Assembly: GCA_002269645.1 (NCBI GenBank)
Contig: NIVC01000245.1
Location: 434,001 to 498,000, forward strand
Origin: Macrostomum lignano
Taxonomy: Eukaryota
Reading direction: 5' to 3'
Length of the DNA: 64,000 bases
Shown here: piece by piece, positions 40,101-54,100 of the stretch
Position numbering within the stretch: position 1 is the first letter of the stretch
Layout: every line of letters starts with the position of its first letter
Notes under the pieces: model-generated
The model's input: only the letters and a program-made list of their open reading frames with translations
Databases searched by the model: none
Told to the model about the DNA's origin: nothing
Position numbers and translations under genes: made by a program

Positions 40101-41289
40101 GTTGCAATGAAGCATATAGCTTGTATGTAGTGGTCGGTTATGTTGGTAAGTATACTACTCGGCAGTAGTTAATCCCCTTCCTAACTCGCGCTGTCACGTG
40201 AGGTAGAAAGCAATCTGATTGGTGACGATCATCTACATGTAACAGTTGATGATGATCAGGATACGCGTACATGTAAACAACGCCAATGCAACATCGGATA
40301 CATTGGAGATGTCCTGCCACGCGTCGATGACAAAAATAATCAGTAAGTTACTTCTACGAGACTTACGCCGACGTTAAACCAACATTAGTGAAAAGTGGGG
40401 TTCAACCCTCACGCAAGTACTAGTAGACAGAGATCAAATTTTGGCTTTTTTAACTTTTGTCCGTCAATCAAAAGCCACACGCCCTCTTAGCTCCTACCAC
40501 TCTTAGAGCTGTGCACAGACATTTATTTTATGCTGCGCTATTTTCTTTATGGCGATCGCATTTTAGGTAGTATGAAAGATTTTACGTTTCAAATCTTTAT
40601 TCATCTACTTTTATTAGTACTCTGAATCGAATTTTTAGCAGGCGGCGTCAGTAATTCCGTGGATTTACATGTATTGTAAAAGAGCTCATTTGCGATGGAC
40701 GTATGTTGGACGTCGGGTACATTGGTAACTTCGGCAGACGTCGGAATATTATATACGGGATGCCAGCAGGGGCGTAGCCAGAGGGGAAAGAGGGGTAATT
40801 AGGGTGTCCTGCTTCACTAATGAGCTCGCAAAAGTATGCGCTGACAGACGCATCCACGACAAGCTACGGCCACTGCATGCTCAAGGTTCTTTTAAACATT
40901 ACTGAATCGCTATATGACATTGCTTAATTTAATTGCATGCATTCTTGTGCCGCGAGACAGCGGGGGATGCGATAGCTGTTGATGACTCCTATTGCTCGTA
41001 TATAGCCTAGTCAGTGGGGGTTGTGTCGGACCCACGACCAGCTGATAGGTGTGGGGTTCGATTCTCGACCCACTCGGAACAATCTGTGTCCTTGAGAAAT
41101 ACACTTGATAATAAATAATAACTCGTATATATGCATGCAGTAAAGTAATACGTAAGACATAGGTGCTAGAATCATGGTCAACATACTGCTATCTGATGAA
41201 ACAACCAGAAACTGCAGCAGAAACAGCAGGACCAATATCGTCAAAGTACGTGACGACTGCAATCGAATGCGGTGCTTGTTGACAACCAT
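37127..41289 (-). CDS. putative multi-exon single-pass membrane protein; structure incomplete
   Basis: Signal-peptide-like exon 41187..41289 with a GTATGT donor, a phase-compatible exon at ~39905..40080 ending KDLAMDN, and a terminal exon with a TM helix (VTISVTVFVLLLLAFLSVVAV) at 37127..~37478. The middle exons could not be resolved. Confidence 0.35.
38150..38370. repeat. 21-bp minisatellite (CACCTGAGAGACAGGGGCGCC)n
   Basis: Directly visible. Confidence 0.88.
38825..39750. repeat. GCTAGCATA repeats followed by a 15-bp minisatellite (GGTGCTAAAGCCCCT)n with a ~330-bp higher-order duplication
   Basis: The block GCTAGCTCGTAAAGCCACTGGTGCCAAAGCC occurs at ~38915 and ~39253. Confidence 0.92.
40995..41110 (+). 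mobile_element. 5' fragment of the CORE-type SINE
   Basis: A-box-like TAGCCTAGT and B box GGTTCGATTC, then CTCGACCCACTCGGAACAATCTGTGTCCTTGAG, which is shared with the copy at 690..885. Confidence 0.7.
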
Positions 41290-43677
41290 GTTGATTTCGG
41301 ATGGTGAAAACTTCGAAAGTCGTTATCGCGGAGTCGCAGGCACTCATAGAGTTTGCCTTTTTAGTGCGAGTAAATAGGTCGTTAAATAGTCTTTTTCAAA
41401 AAGGCTAGCTTTTCTCTATCCCATTATTTTCATTTTTAGAATTTTGCTGTGGCAATTTCAGATTAGCTACGTGAACGTCTAAATTACAGTGCAGTGCGGA
41501 ATGCCGCAAACCGGGTGTGCATGCCAAGGGCTTATAGCTAATACCAGCTAGGTTATACCGAAAGTTTTGCGTCTATTGTTTAGCTTTTGGCTGCTCTTCC
41601 ACTTAGTCTTTAAAATGAACTATTGTGCAATATGCAGTGAAGCGCCTTCTCTGCTTAAACAATCAGCGCAATCTAGCTAGAGCTATTAGAAAAGTCTAAA
41701 CAATATACCACAAAGCTTACGAGCCATATTTATGAGCAGTCCTGTCAACAATATAATGAAAGCCTTTCAAACACAACTGTCTCTCTTCTCTGCTATTTTT
41801 GATTAATTGCTGTCAGCTGGAATATACGGGCTTGTTCAGTTGAGAGTCGAGACTGACTGCATATTCATCTTTCCGCGCCTGTATATGGCTCAATAATGAG
41901 CGGAAAGATGTGAAATGCATATTAACTTGTCCTAGCTCAAGTATAATTACTGCTTTGCTTCAATTGTTGCTTTCTGATCGTCAGAGATTGCAAGGCTGCG
42001 ATGCATTGCATAGGGCCCGGCGGGCCACCAATTCAATTTTATATCCGGATATCAACCCGTATTTTAATTAATGCTTTAATTTTTTTCTAGGAAAGTTATG
42101 CGTAGGTCGTGAAACTGCTTTAAATTAGAGATTTTTATGCTTATCAAGTTTGGAGCATGTCAAATAACAAACCTGATACGCTGGGAAGTCCCTGGCCATC
42201 CTTCAAAGAAAATTTTATACTTTCTTCAGAGTCCAGTTGAGTCGGAGCCTGATTTCGGGCCCCATTCCGGATGACATCCAATTGGTACATGCACATTTAA
42301 GCTGACTGAACAGTTGGAGCAATCGCATGCCCAATTGCAATTTAGTTCGGAAGAAACTAAATTATTATAATTCTACTTAGTCTACTGTCAGTAACCAGTA
42401 GCGCATGCTAGTAAAGTAACTCAATGACTAACATTGCACAGCTCACCAAAGACTGAAGGAAACTTACGAGTTTAATTTAAAGTTTATCATATTACTCCGT
42501 TTGTTTAATATGTTCATACTATACATGGATTTAGTCATGATGCCTGCCAACTTGAATGGGTCTTGAATAAATGATTTGACTCGGCACTACTTAGTGAAGT
42601 TTGCCAAGAATTTAAGCTAATTAAATGAACTATACAGTACAATCATTTTTGCATGCGAGTGACCGTGGCTTTCTAATGAATGACAAATATTTGTCAAGTT
42701 CTGCATAACTCGTAGATGAAAAGATCAGGCATAGGGCAATCTAACGCGACTCAAACGATACAGTAAGAATTGGAAAGAACTCTTTTGAAGCCCCTCTCCT
42801 TAACATTGAACAAATAAATTGGCACAGATGTGTCATATTTATTGAAAATGAAGGCCAACAAAAGTTTCAAGCAAAAATAGCGCAGGCAAAAGCATAACAT
42901 TATTAACCATATAAAAGTTCGGTTCGAAAATCCTTCGCAGTGAAGAAGCATATATTGACACAACCTGATTCACCTGAACTTTTATTATGAGATGAAGAGG
43001 AAAGAAGCATAGGAGTGGCAATGCCAATTATGGCACTGAAAAATAGCTAATACGAGCGTATTAAATAATTTACCCAATTACAGAATCATATACACAGTTT
43101 AAATATTCCAACCAAGTATAACAATTCAATAGGTTACGAAAAGCCCGACCCAAGAGTACAAAATGATCGTTAATAGTCATCATAACGACACAGAAAAAAA
43201 CTCAGGGACAAAGAGAAATTTATTCCAAAAACGACCGCAGCATAACAATGACAATGCAACTCAAAATTGCAATTGAAAGCTCATTAGAACGACTCCACTC
43301 TATCGGGATTAATAAACTGTCTTAAAAGTCTTAACTACAAAGCTGAACCAATTGGATTTCCGATCGAAGCACTTATTGGTGTATTGCATAACAAGGACAA
43401 AGGACAAAACTTTATTTTGAAGTTAAGGAGTACTTAATGCAGGTACTATAAAACGGGAAAATTCCTAGCTCTAAGATGTATTTGGCCGCAAAAATAGGTC
43501 TCCAGTGCATTTTTGTACTTCATTTGCCCACGGGTGCAAGTTTCTTGACAACTCAGTCAACCAATATATAATCTATAAAAATATACTCTACAAAAACACT
43601 CTTTAGCAAAACTGGTGCTAATTAACGGAAGAGATTTATATTAGCTTGGAAACAAATATTAGAATGCTAAAAAAACT

Positions 43678-46018
43678 TTACGATTTCATATCGCGAAGTT
43701 TAGACATTGCGTCGCGGAACAGATCTTTGTACTTGGGCCTGTAGTCTTGGTTCACTAGCCGTTTTCGTTCGGATCTTGTCTCTTCGGCAAATATCCCGCT
43801 GAGCCGCTGCTCGAAAGTCGCTCTACTCAACTCGCCTTCATCATTGCCCATTGCTAACAGAGCGTCATCGCTGAGAGTCTGCGACTGAGCTTGGGCCATG
43901 GACACTCGAGCCTGCTTGCCCGCCAGCAGCTGCTCGTACTCCACAACCAGCCGGTTGTACTGATCATTTAGCTCAGTGAGAAGAGAGATCTCAGCCAAGG
44001 CCGTTCCGGCCAGCTTCTTTGTAGCCCCAAGTCGGGACAAATTCTCTCTGGACGAGAACACGGTACCGCCCGACAGCAGCTGGCCGCAGTCAGCGTCTCC
44101 GCGAATCTGCTGCACGTCAGATTCGATTGGCGAGGCCAGGTCGTCGTTGCCGCCAACTACGAAACTGTTAAAGTTATCAACGCCGACCTGTAGAAATTCT
44201 TCGAACTCGTCCGCATCTTTTAATGGGCGATAGCTTGGAGGAGGCATTGGTCGATGGAGTCGCTGTTGATGTTGTTGATGCTGCTGGTGCTGCTCCAACA
44301 ACTGCTGCCGCAGCTGAGCGCACTCCTGGCGGGCCAGTTCAGCGTCCTGTTCAGCCGCTGCCAGCTCGGCAAGCAGTCGACGATTTCGAGCTTCGCTGTT
44401 AGCAACAGCTGCGGCTGCTAGGGCGGCATCGGGTTCGTCAACAGCCGGCGGCAGCTGCGGGTAGCTCGACGTCCGCGCTACCATCGACTTTGTCAGGCGG
44501 CCAAGTCGGGAAAGATCGCCGGACTTTTCCGATGCAGCACTGGCGGTGGCGGCTGTGGCGGCGGCTTCGGCTGCTGCTGCGGCTGCTGCTGCGGCATTGG
44601 CTGCAGCAGCGTCTCGCTGCTCCAGTTGCTGGTTGAGCTCCTCTACTCGAGCCTCTAAGTTTGAGCACTGCTTACCAAGGGCAGCGGCTCGCTCTCGAGC
44701 GGTCGCCCGCTCTGCCAGAAGTTCCCGGTTTCTAGCCTCGAGTTCGGCGTACTGTCTGTCAACTTCTTCAACCATTCGCACTTTGCCGTCGTTCAGGCCG
44801 CGAAGGGTTTGCACCTGGCGGGTCAGGAGCTCGATCTCCTGGGTCTGGTGCTCGCAGAGGCCTTTAAGTCCAGATAACTGAAGCTCCAGGTCGCGATTTC
44901 GTTCCAGCAGAGCCTTGCCTGCAAAGGAGGAGTGTCGTTTTTCATTTAATCAGAGATAAGCTACGGTTGGCGAGGTTGGAACAAGAGCAATAATAGCACT
45001 AGCTACTAGCTAAGTTAGGTTTGATTTTTACTTCTATAAGTTCTATGCTCTAGCTAGGGGTAAGCTTATTCTAAAAAGGTTGCATCCACTAATTTAAAGT
45101 TGACTAATTTTTACAAGAAATATGCGTAGATCTTAGTATTATCATCCTGTGCCTTTTTCGTTCATCTCCCAATATAACACTTCTTACTTGAGCCCTTCTC
45201 ATTCTCATCCTACCGTTCTCTCTTTCTGCTCTTCAGTTGCCTCTCTCAAATTTTTATGTACAGCATATGAACTAGTCACAGAGCCCTTTAGAGTCTAGAG
45301 TATCACAAATTTGTCGCGTTTTTTCATATCAAACTTCTACTAAATTCTTAACTTCATGGCTTCTCCTCCTCTGTAACGATTCGTGAGAGTGAGAGTCAGA
45401 CATCGAAATTGAGCTAGACAATTATGATGAGGTAGACCACCAAGAGGACTTTGACGGAATGCTGAATGCATGAAAGAGGGAAAAGTCCCAGTTCCCAGTT
45501 ACTGTACGAGCATGCATTAGCGCAAATTTAGCGCCACAGACGAGATTTTTAGCTTTTAAAGAAGTGTTACTGTTTAACCTAAAAATTAAAGTTATTCCGT
45601 CTAGAAGGGTCCCGTGATTCCCCCAATGACCCCCTTTGAATGTGTTTAAAAGCAATGCTGTGATGGTCAGCTCACCCAGCTCGGCGGCCAGTATCAGGTC
45701 ATTCTCATGCCAAGCGGTGCTGTCAACCAGCGAGCAGGCCTCGTCGACCGAGGTGTCACCAAAATCAGCTGGCATCGGCAGCGTTGCTTCATCGTTGGAG
45801 TATGCAGAATCACCTTCAGCTGACTGAGTCGCATTCAGTAGCAGGTTTTGCTGCTGATGATGGCGATGATGCTGCTGCTGCTGCTGCTGCTGCTGCTGAT
45901 TCCTTGTGGCAGTGTCCAAAGTCCACTGCAGTGTCATCTCGTGTCTAGGCGGACCCGGCGATTGAGGAGGTACCGAATGCGATTGAGCAGCCAAATTAGC
46001 AGCATTGGCGGCTGACAT
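43678..46018 (-). CDS. CDR2: CDR2/CDR2L (centrocortin)-like coiled-coil dynein adaptor; exons 45676..46018 and 43678..44918 (527 aa)
   Basis: CC1 box DLILAAELG|KALLERN, QEIELLTRQVQTLR, ISLLTELNDQYNRL and C-terminal PKYKDLF match CDR2-family blocks; the exon lengths sum to 1584 bp, in frame. Confidence 0.85.
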
Positions 46019-47072
46019 ATTGAAAAAGTAGCTCTGGGCTATGCTTTTGTTGAGCCAACAGAAATCTAAAAGATGCTTCAAACGACAACGGGTAAGATGA
46101 TAGAGCCAGCTATTATATAGACTCAAGATACTGAGTAGCCTTTTTCGGAGCAGCAAAATCTTTCTTCTCGCCTTGCTCTGCTGTCTTCTGCTTTTAGTTC
46201 GCAACAATTAGCGCAGTAAGAATTGTTTGCCACCAGACTGTCTGTCTTTTGTCTCGTCAGGCCGTTTTACTTAATTATTTCCGTCGGCCTATTTTATATT
46301 TGGCATGACGAAAAAGAAGAGTAGGAGTTTTTCACTGGAGGCGGGGAATGCACAGAAAAATTAAACGGACTAACAGCACAATCAACTATCCGCAATGATA
46401 TATCGGTTTTGGTCTGCCGAGGCGTTGAGATTTTGTGTGCGCCATGTGGTGTAGGTAGGGGGGGGGGAGGGCAGGCAGGGCAAGTCAGTCAGGAAAGACA
46501 GGAGCCGCCCGACGAACTTACTTGCCCACGTATGCCCCACCACCCTACACCCCTCCGCTTGGCGCACATGTTTTAGTCTTGGGACCCACGCGCTGGCTTG
46601 GGGGGCGGGGGGTTGGTCGTGTGACGGACTGTACATTCACTGTTCATAGATTATATATCTCGCTTACTCAGCTGAAAGCTGGTTCATTCGGGTAAAGAAA
46701 TTATTCCAATTAAGTAGGTTTGTCGGACTAGATTTTGGGTGTACACTCGGGGGGAGTCTGAGTCTACCCTCCCCCCCCCAATTAATAGATCTGCTGACCA
46801 ATTAAACCTTTTCTTTGTGTGGCGTGCTCTTTTATTGGCCTCTTGCACGCAAACCGCCACGTGTCACATCGCATTATATTATGTGTAGTTGATTAATTAT
46901 GCTTGATTATGAAATGAACAATTAAATAGGGTTACAGGGGAGGGGGATCGGGGGGAGGCATTCATATCTACGAAATTTGTATCTTCGAAAAGCAGCCTCT
47001 TTAACAACTCTGAAACTTTATTTCTCCGTTGGGATTAGGGTTCGACTAGGCCCGCATAGGGTTAGGGTTAAG

Positions 47073-47250
47073 CTTGTCGGAGATATGATTATGAAGTCAT
47101 ATCATGATAAGTGTCGGAGATATGGAGTTTCGGAGATATGAAGTGTCGGAGATAAGTGTTGGATATTTGAAGTGTCGGAGATAGGAAGTCCATTACTAAG
47201 CCTCTCGGAAGTATGAAGTTTCGGAAATATGAAATCTCGGAGATATGAAA
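47073..47250. repeat. degenerate GTCGGAGATATGAAGT short tandem repeat
   Basis: Recurrent TCGGAGATA words. Confidence 0.7.
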
Positions 47251-48111
47251 GCACCCTGATGTTAATCACAGTTTAACGCACAAAATGAGCTAAAGCTCTG
47301 TTTACCATGGACACTATACTCATTCATTATTACGAGCTGAACTTACCTTTCGTTTCAATTTCTTTATAAGTAGTGATTCAAATAAATCATCAAAGCTGGT
47401 ATTTATGAAACAAACACTTGTAAGTTTGTTATTAGTCTAAATTAGGGAATAATGTTCTAAGCATCCTTTCCAAGAAACTATGTGCAGTGCTCGAGTGGCA
47501 CGCTTCGAAATCAATATTTAAACATTTATTTTTTTGGCAAAGCTTGCTTACAATTACAACAAAACTTAACACACGCTCTATGCGGTCATGCTCTAGAAAT
47601 GAGTCCAAGTTTTCTCATTGTCAACCCACTTAAAATTGCTTTGTAAAAAAACAGTCGATGTGCGTATTAAACTTCGAATCTTTCACCGATTGGTCAATTT
47701 TAATTAACCTCACTAACTCTATGGCACTGCTATGTACCCTAACTGTTAACTGTTAATTAAGGGTACATGATGTACTTACTCGTACTTCGAAACATCATAG
47801 GATCATATATAGACAAGCTGGGCCACTCATTAACCGCTTATGTGGCCCCAGAAGCCAATGTAAAAAATTTACTTCTCGCGACAGCGCAAAAATCAACTAC
47901 TGAACACAATTTCGTCAGTAGTCTCTGCAGTGCATGTATCATTCTTAATTTGATTAAACTTTCCTACTCTGGTCAAAAATTAAGCTCAGTTTCCGTTGCT
48001 TGCAAGTCATTGGTTCTGCACAAGGATTGGTTGAAAAAAATCTGAAAAGAATTCGGACAAGCATAAGATGATTTACCTACAGTATTCCTTTCAAGACTTC
48101 CTACGGTAACC

Positions 48112-51100
48112 ATGATTCTGTTTACCATTGTCTTACTGCTGAATTCAATGTCAGTCACCTCTGGCCTGGACTTCAAGCTGGCAGTTGTGATTGAGCAGAA
48201 TGCAGTGAGCAGCTCCCTCATCGACCTGGCTGTGAGCAGACGGGTGAACTCGAACTGGAGACTGTTGCCAGGCCACTCAATGTCACATGCGATCGTGCAG
48301 GTGGCCGCGGATGGAGCCCAGCAGGCTGCTAAAGAAGGTGAGTAACTACGATTCATGCCGTTGAAACTACTTTGTATTTGCAGTCAAATTTATCCGAGAT
48401 TTGGGGTTCTCGGGCACAAGAACGGCGTCAATTTTGACTTCAAATTCTTTCTTATGAGGACCCAACCCAAGGCAAAGAATTTGTCCATGCCTAATTACCA
48501 ATGATCGGGAAAGTAAGGGACATTTTTCATCCTGCTTCAGCGGTGAATCTTCTTGCGCCTGCATGCTTAGGGTATCCGACGGAATCCGACGTTTCTAACG
48601 TGTCAGCCACTCGCCATTCCAGTGTGCTCTCAGTCCGGTCTGTCAGCTCTGCTAGCGATTGGCGGTTGCGGTCTCATCTCGGACCTGAGCTCGCTGGCCA
48701 AGTCCCTGAAACTGCCGTTTATCTTTCTGCCAACCGCTCTGTGTGAGGACGCATATTTTCGTGAGTTAAATACTGAGTTAGAAATCACTAAGTCTATCAG
48801 GGTGCTACATTAAACTAAATTACACTTGAATAAATCCCAAATTAGTGCGCAATTGCATGTAGGCAACATAAACGGAAATACTAGTGATTTTAAATGTCCC
48901 ATCATGAACTGCTGCTTTCCTTACTGAAAAATATTTATTCAGTAAGTATAAATAATTTATGAATTATTCAATGTGGTGGCATGTCGGTTTGTCGGCTCCC
49001 CCGCTCCGCTGTACGATTAAGATTATATTTGACAGATACTTTGTGGTGTTAGGACACTCAGGACGTGCTTCGGTAGATAATTGATAATACAGGCACGCTG
49101 GTGTACTGTATGGGTAGCGTAACATAGATTATATAAGACGATTGAGGCATATCAATACTAGTATACCGCCAAACCTGGTCTATGGGGAAAGCCAACCCCC
49201 CCCCTGACAAGCGGAAGAAAGGCAAAATAGATCGTAAACAGTGCAGAATGCACTACAAAAACAGTAAAAGAACTTTAAGTGCAATCAAAAGGTGAGGACC
49301 ACTGTATATGCGAGCGTAACAGGAAGTAAAATTTAAAGATCGTGTAAAGGGGATGTCAACTTAAGGGCTCTGGAATGGAGCCCGAAGTTCAGCTCCGGCC
49401 CAAACCGACTGCAATCGATAACTTGTCGGCCCAGACGACTAGAATCGCCGAGACATCCCATCCGGGTCCCTTCCCCTTTATCCCCTGGGACCCCAAGGAA
49501 GGGACCCGGATGGGATGTCTCGGCGATTCTAGTCGTCTGGGCCGACAAGTTATCGATTGCAGTCGGTTTGGGCCGGAGCTGAACTTCGGGCTCCATTCTG
49601 GTGCTTAAGTTGACATCCCCTTTCAGATCAACTTCCAGTAAAAAATACACCACGGAGATAAAAAACACTTTTCATCACAAAATTAATGATTGCATTTGAT
49701 CGAAGACATTGAAGACCACCAGTTTTATTTAGCAGATACAAAATGATCCTCTACTATATTTTACTATAGCTGAGTAGTAAAAGTTTTATGTTCATACTGT
49801 TCTCTTTGATACGATCTTTGGGTTTTACGTCCTGCTTTAAACTGTGGTCATTGCCAAAAGTACAAGTGTTTGACCCTCTAGAGTACGGAGCCATTGGCAG
49901 TCACTCGATGTCTGCGGTATTCGATGCGACAGCCAAAGTCATCTCGACCCTGGATGAAAAACAAGTGGCCATTTTGTACGACTCTTTCAACGGTAATCAC
50001 TAATATCATAATTATGTTCATGATAAAAGTGCGCTTGATCGAAAAATAATACTGTAATTCCACTCTACATTTCTTTACCCTCACAGAGAATGGCTTCATC
50101 CAGTTGTTGCAGACGCGACTCTCGAGCATCGGCATCAGCTCCGTCCCTTTCAACGCCGACCCCACACTCAGCGGAGATCTTCTCTCCGAGAGGCTCAGAC
50201 GCCTCATGAAGAAGCGCCTGTTCAACGCCATCGTCATGGCGACGCCTCGCAACGCGCAAAGCATCGTGGCAGCCGCTGCGAACGCCAGCGTCATGCAGCA
50301 GAACTACTTCTGGCTCGTGATTGACAGCGGCGGACTCAGCAAGTCCCACCTGATGCAGGTGTGTCCCAACAACTGCAACCTGGCTCTGCTCAGAGGAGGC
50401 ACAACTGGCGTCAATCGGTCATCGGACTGTCCGCCTGCAGTGAGAGACGTCTTTCCGAGCTGCGACACCGACAGCATTCGGGTGAGCGCCAGCTGCCGTG
50501 TCGTGCCCTGCCCTGCCCTGCCGTGCTCTGCCCTGCCCTGCCCTGCCCTGCCCTGCCCTGCCCTGCCCTGCCCTGCCCTGCCCTGCCCTGCCCTGCCCTG
50601 CCCTGCCCTGCCCTGCCCTGCCTGCCCTGCCCTGCCCTGCCCTGCCCTGCCCTGCCCTGCCCTGCCCTGCCCTGCCCTGCCCTGCCCTGCCCTGCCCTGC
50701 CCTGCCCTGCCCTGCCTGCCCTGCCCTGCCCTGCCCTGCCCTGCCCTGCCCTGCCCTGCCCTGCCCTGCCCTGCCCTGCCCTGCCCTGCCCTGCCCTGCC
50801 CTGCCCTGCCCTGCCCTGCCCTGCCCTGCCCTGCCCTGCCCTGCCCTGCCCTGCCCTGCCCTGCCCTGGCCTGCCCTGCTTTGCTCTGCTCGATTTGCTC
50901 TGCATCTCACATTAATACTCGATCTCCTTTCAACCGAAATCTCGCACAGACACTGGACATCCGTCTCGTGGATGCGATCGAGGCTCTGGCGAAGGCTCTC
51001 ACAGACTCGCTGACTCAGCCGGGATTCCGAGAGAGCAACGCGTCATGCTTTCCGCTGCAGCCGTGGTCGTCTGGCTCTCAAGTGCTCAGCAATGTCATGT

Positions 51101-54100
51101 CTGTGAGTTTTTGGTTGCTGCATTTGATTTTTTCATTGCAGCATTTTTGCTCACTTTGACGCTTATTTCATTGCTCATTATTAACGGGTCTACAGGTATT
51201 TGAGCAGTTGCACTCGCCACTCTGTCTCATTTCAGCTATCGAGCTTCGACTCGGGTCGCGGTGAGATTTCCTACAACTCGACAACAGGATTCTTCAACGC
51301 TCAGGGCGTTGAGATCGTTGCGTCATTCACTGAGCAGGTGGGAGCGGCAGCTCGGTTCGAGCTGAGCGGTCGGTTCAGCAGCGGCTCGTTGACGAAACTG
51401 TTCCACAAGAGCGGCGGTGCATTTGTGTTTCCCAACAGCTTCACAGGGTTCAACAATGCTAGCATTGTTATCTGCGCTCCATCGGTACGAAAAGCTAATA
51501 TCAATTTCTAACTATTTTTTTCAATTTAGTCTGGTTTACCTATTAAGGCACTGATTTACTTGACTTAGTTGCAGGAGGCTCTGTGCGTCCGGAAACAGTG
51601 AGGAGGCGTTGCCGCCCATTTCGCTAACCCCTGGCGACCACAGGCAGCTGGCGCCGGTGTCCGCAGCGTGGTCCCCCTCCAGAGAGTCCAGGAGGTGGAT
51701 TGTCGCTCCCTCGGTAGCCCTTAGGTAGTGGACGAGCTGGCAGAGATTCTCGGGCCTGAAAACGTCCGAGAGGTCCGGGTTTGGGCCGAGGTAGGTGAGC
51801 ACGTCCTGAGCAAAGGCGGGGAATTCACAGATAAAGTGCTCCGCATTCTCGACACCGGAGAGGCAGAAAGGGCATTCCTCACTGCGAATTTTTCCCTGGA
51901 GGTGACGATGCCTGGCAAAACAGCCCTGACATCACCTCCCTGGTGTCCCTGCTTTTGTCCAAGCAGGGCCCTGCGAAGGGCGGAGGAAGGACAGGGGACA
52001 TCCGCGCGTGATCGCCGGTAGTCAGGGGCGTTAGCTCACCTCTCCCTGTGCTTAGACGCCACCCACTGGTTGACCCGAGTGGTGACAACGGGTACGGGCC
52101 ACGGGCAGGGGACCAGTAAAAGAACCGGTCGAGCCAGCCTTGGCCAGGCGATCGGCCAGCTCGTTGCCGGGGTGGCCCGAGTGCCCAGAGATCCACCTTA
52201 GGGACACCTTGTTGCCCGATGCAGTCAAGGACTGTACGCGAGCATGTGGTGGTGCGCTTAAGGGCGTGAATCGCGGCTTGACTTTCCGAGTGGAGGGTAA
52301 TCTCCTTCCCCCAGACGCGCTGAGATTGTATGGCGCAGAAGCTGAGGCGAGAACTTTGTTCTGGAAGACGGTGGAGCAGGTGCCGGTGTGTTGGGAGAAG
52401 GTCGCCACAGTTCTACCTCCAGACACGATGCAGTAGCCGTAGCCTGAGGGGGAGTTGATTTGGGCCCGTTAGTGAAGCAGTAGATTTCATGGGGTTTCCA
52501 GTTGTCTCTTGCTTCATGACGTGGTGGAATGCTGTTTTTGAATTTGAGCGGAGGGCAGAGCGTGGACGGGATTCAATCCGAGAGGGTCAGCAGGCCTCTC
52601 GCTGCTTCCAGGTCTCGCAGGCTGAGGTCGCCATGCGGCCGGAGGTTTCGCTTTCTGATGGCGAACTGCTTCTGGATTGGGACACCCGCGTCAAGCAGAC
52701 GGTGGGTGGTTTTCATTGCCTCCCCTCTAACAAAGAGGTCAAGGAGGGAATGTCCAAGAAGGAATTCATGCCAGCGAAGGGCGTAGAGGGAGCCGCGCTC
52801 ATGACATCTCGAAAAGCGCGGCCTTGCACCCTTTCACCTCTAGGGCACTGTTTCAAATGAAGCCGGCGAAGGAGATGGCCGGTCTAACAATGGCAGTGTA
52901 AATCCACCAGAGGCGGCGGGGGTGGTGGCCCCAGGTAGCGCCGAAAGCTCTGCGGATCTGTGCGAGAGTCGTGAGAGCTTTGCGGGCTTTGGTTTGGACG
53001 TGCGGGGTCCAGCTCAACCTGTGGTCGAGGGTGACGGCCAGACATCTGGTTTGTTTCTCCATGGAAACGTGTTTGCCATAGAGGGAGAGCAGTTTGATCC
53101 TCCAGTTTCGGCGGCTGGTGAACATGATAGCCACGGTTTTAGACTCAGAACCTGAGACCGCAGCTGTGTGCCCAGCGCTTGGCACGGTGAATGAAGGCTT
53201 GAAGGAGGTCCCTGAGGACCGCGGGTGATGGTCCAGCCACAGTGGCGATAACATCGTCCGCGTAGCCGGCCTTCTGAACTGGGTCCGTATGCGGGCTGCA
53301 AAGCAGCTCGTCCATGACTAAATTTCAGAGAATCGGGCTGAGGACTCCACCTTGCAGTCCGTCTTTCTGGACTTCCCCGGAGCGGGAGTGTCCGAGGAGG
53401 TGCGAGGTGGCAGTACGATGGGTGACCATGTACATGATCTAGCGGGTAAGGTGCTCGTGCGTGCCCCTGGATTCCAGGGCCCGCTTAAAGGCTTCAAAAA
53501 GCACATTACTGAAAGCACCATCAATGTCGAGGAAAAGCGAGAGCGCGTATCCACTGCCAAGCACGGCGCGCTCCAGCTTGTCGACAATGGCGTGCAGCGC
53601 ACTTTCGATAGAGCGTCCAGGACGAAAGGCGTGCTGATTGGGGAGAGCGGGGAGTTCCTCAGCTCTACGAGGAGAAGGCGCCAGAGCACCAGCAGTTCCA
53701 TCAGTTTGAAGAAGAAAGATGTCAGACTAATGGGGCGGTAAGCTTTGGCAGAATGATGGTCTCCCTTCCCTGGTTTTGGTATAAAGACCACCGTGGCCTC
53801 TTGCCAGGCTTTTAGCACGTACCCGAGGGTAATGCTGGCCTTGAAGAGGTTGCAGAGGAGGCCGAGAAACCTGTCATTCTCAACTGCCTCATGAAGGAAG
53901 GCAGGATAAATGTAGTCAGATCCCGGTGACTTGAAGGGAGAGAAGGATTTTTCGGCGCAAGCCGTCCTCTCTCTAGTAATGATGGTCGAAGCCAGGATCT
54001 GTCCGCCCGGAGAGTGGTCCGGTGGGCCTAGCTGCGGTGCGGCACGTGGGAAAGAGCTGGTGAGCATGATGTCCAGCGATTCCCTGGGGTTCTCAGCGAG

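Noticed and set aside
40648-40857. Exon of the putative membrane-protein gene
   Set aside because: Its acceptor phase does not fit the upstream exon, and it contains a CAGGGGCGTAGCCAG repeat-end-like motif.
45422-46207. 261-aa standalone ORF
   Set aside because: Only 45676..46018 is coding (CDR2 exon 1); the rest is upstream sequence and intron read-through.
50104-51159. 351-aa ORF with CPALP repeats as a Cys-rich protein
   Set aside because: It is read-through of a (CCCTG)n intron bounded by good GT/AG sites between two iGluR exons.
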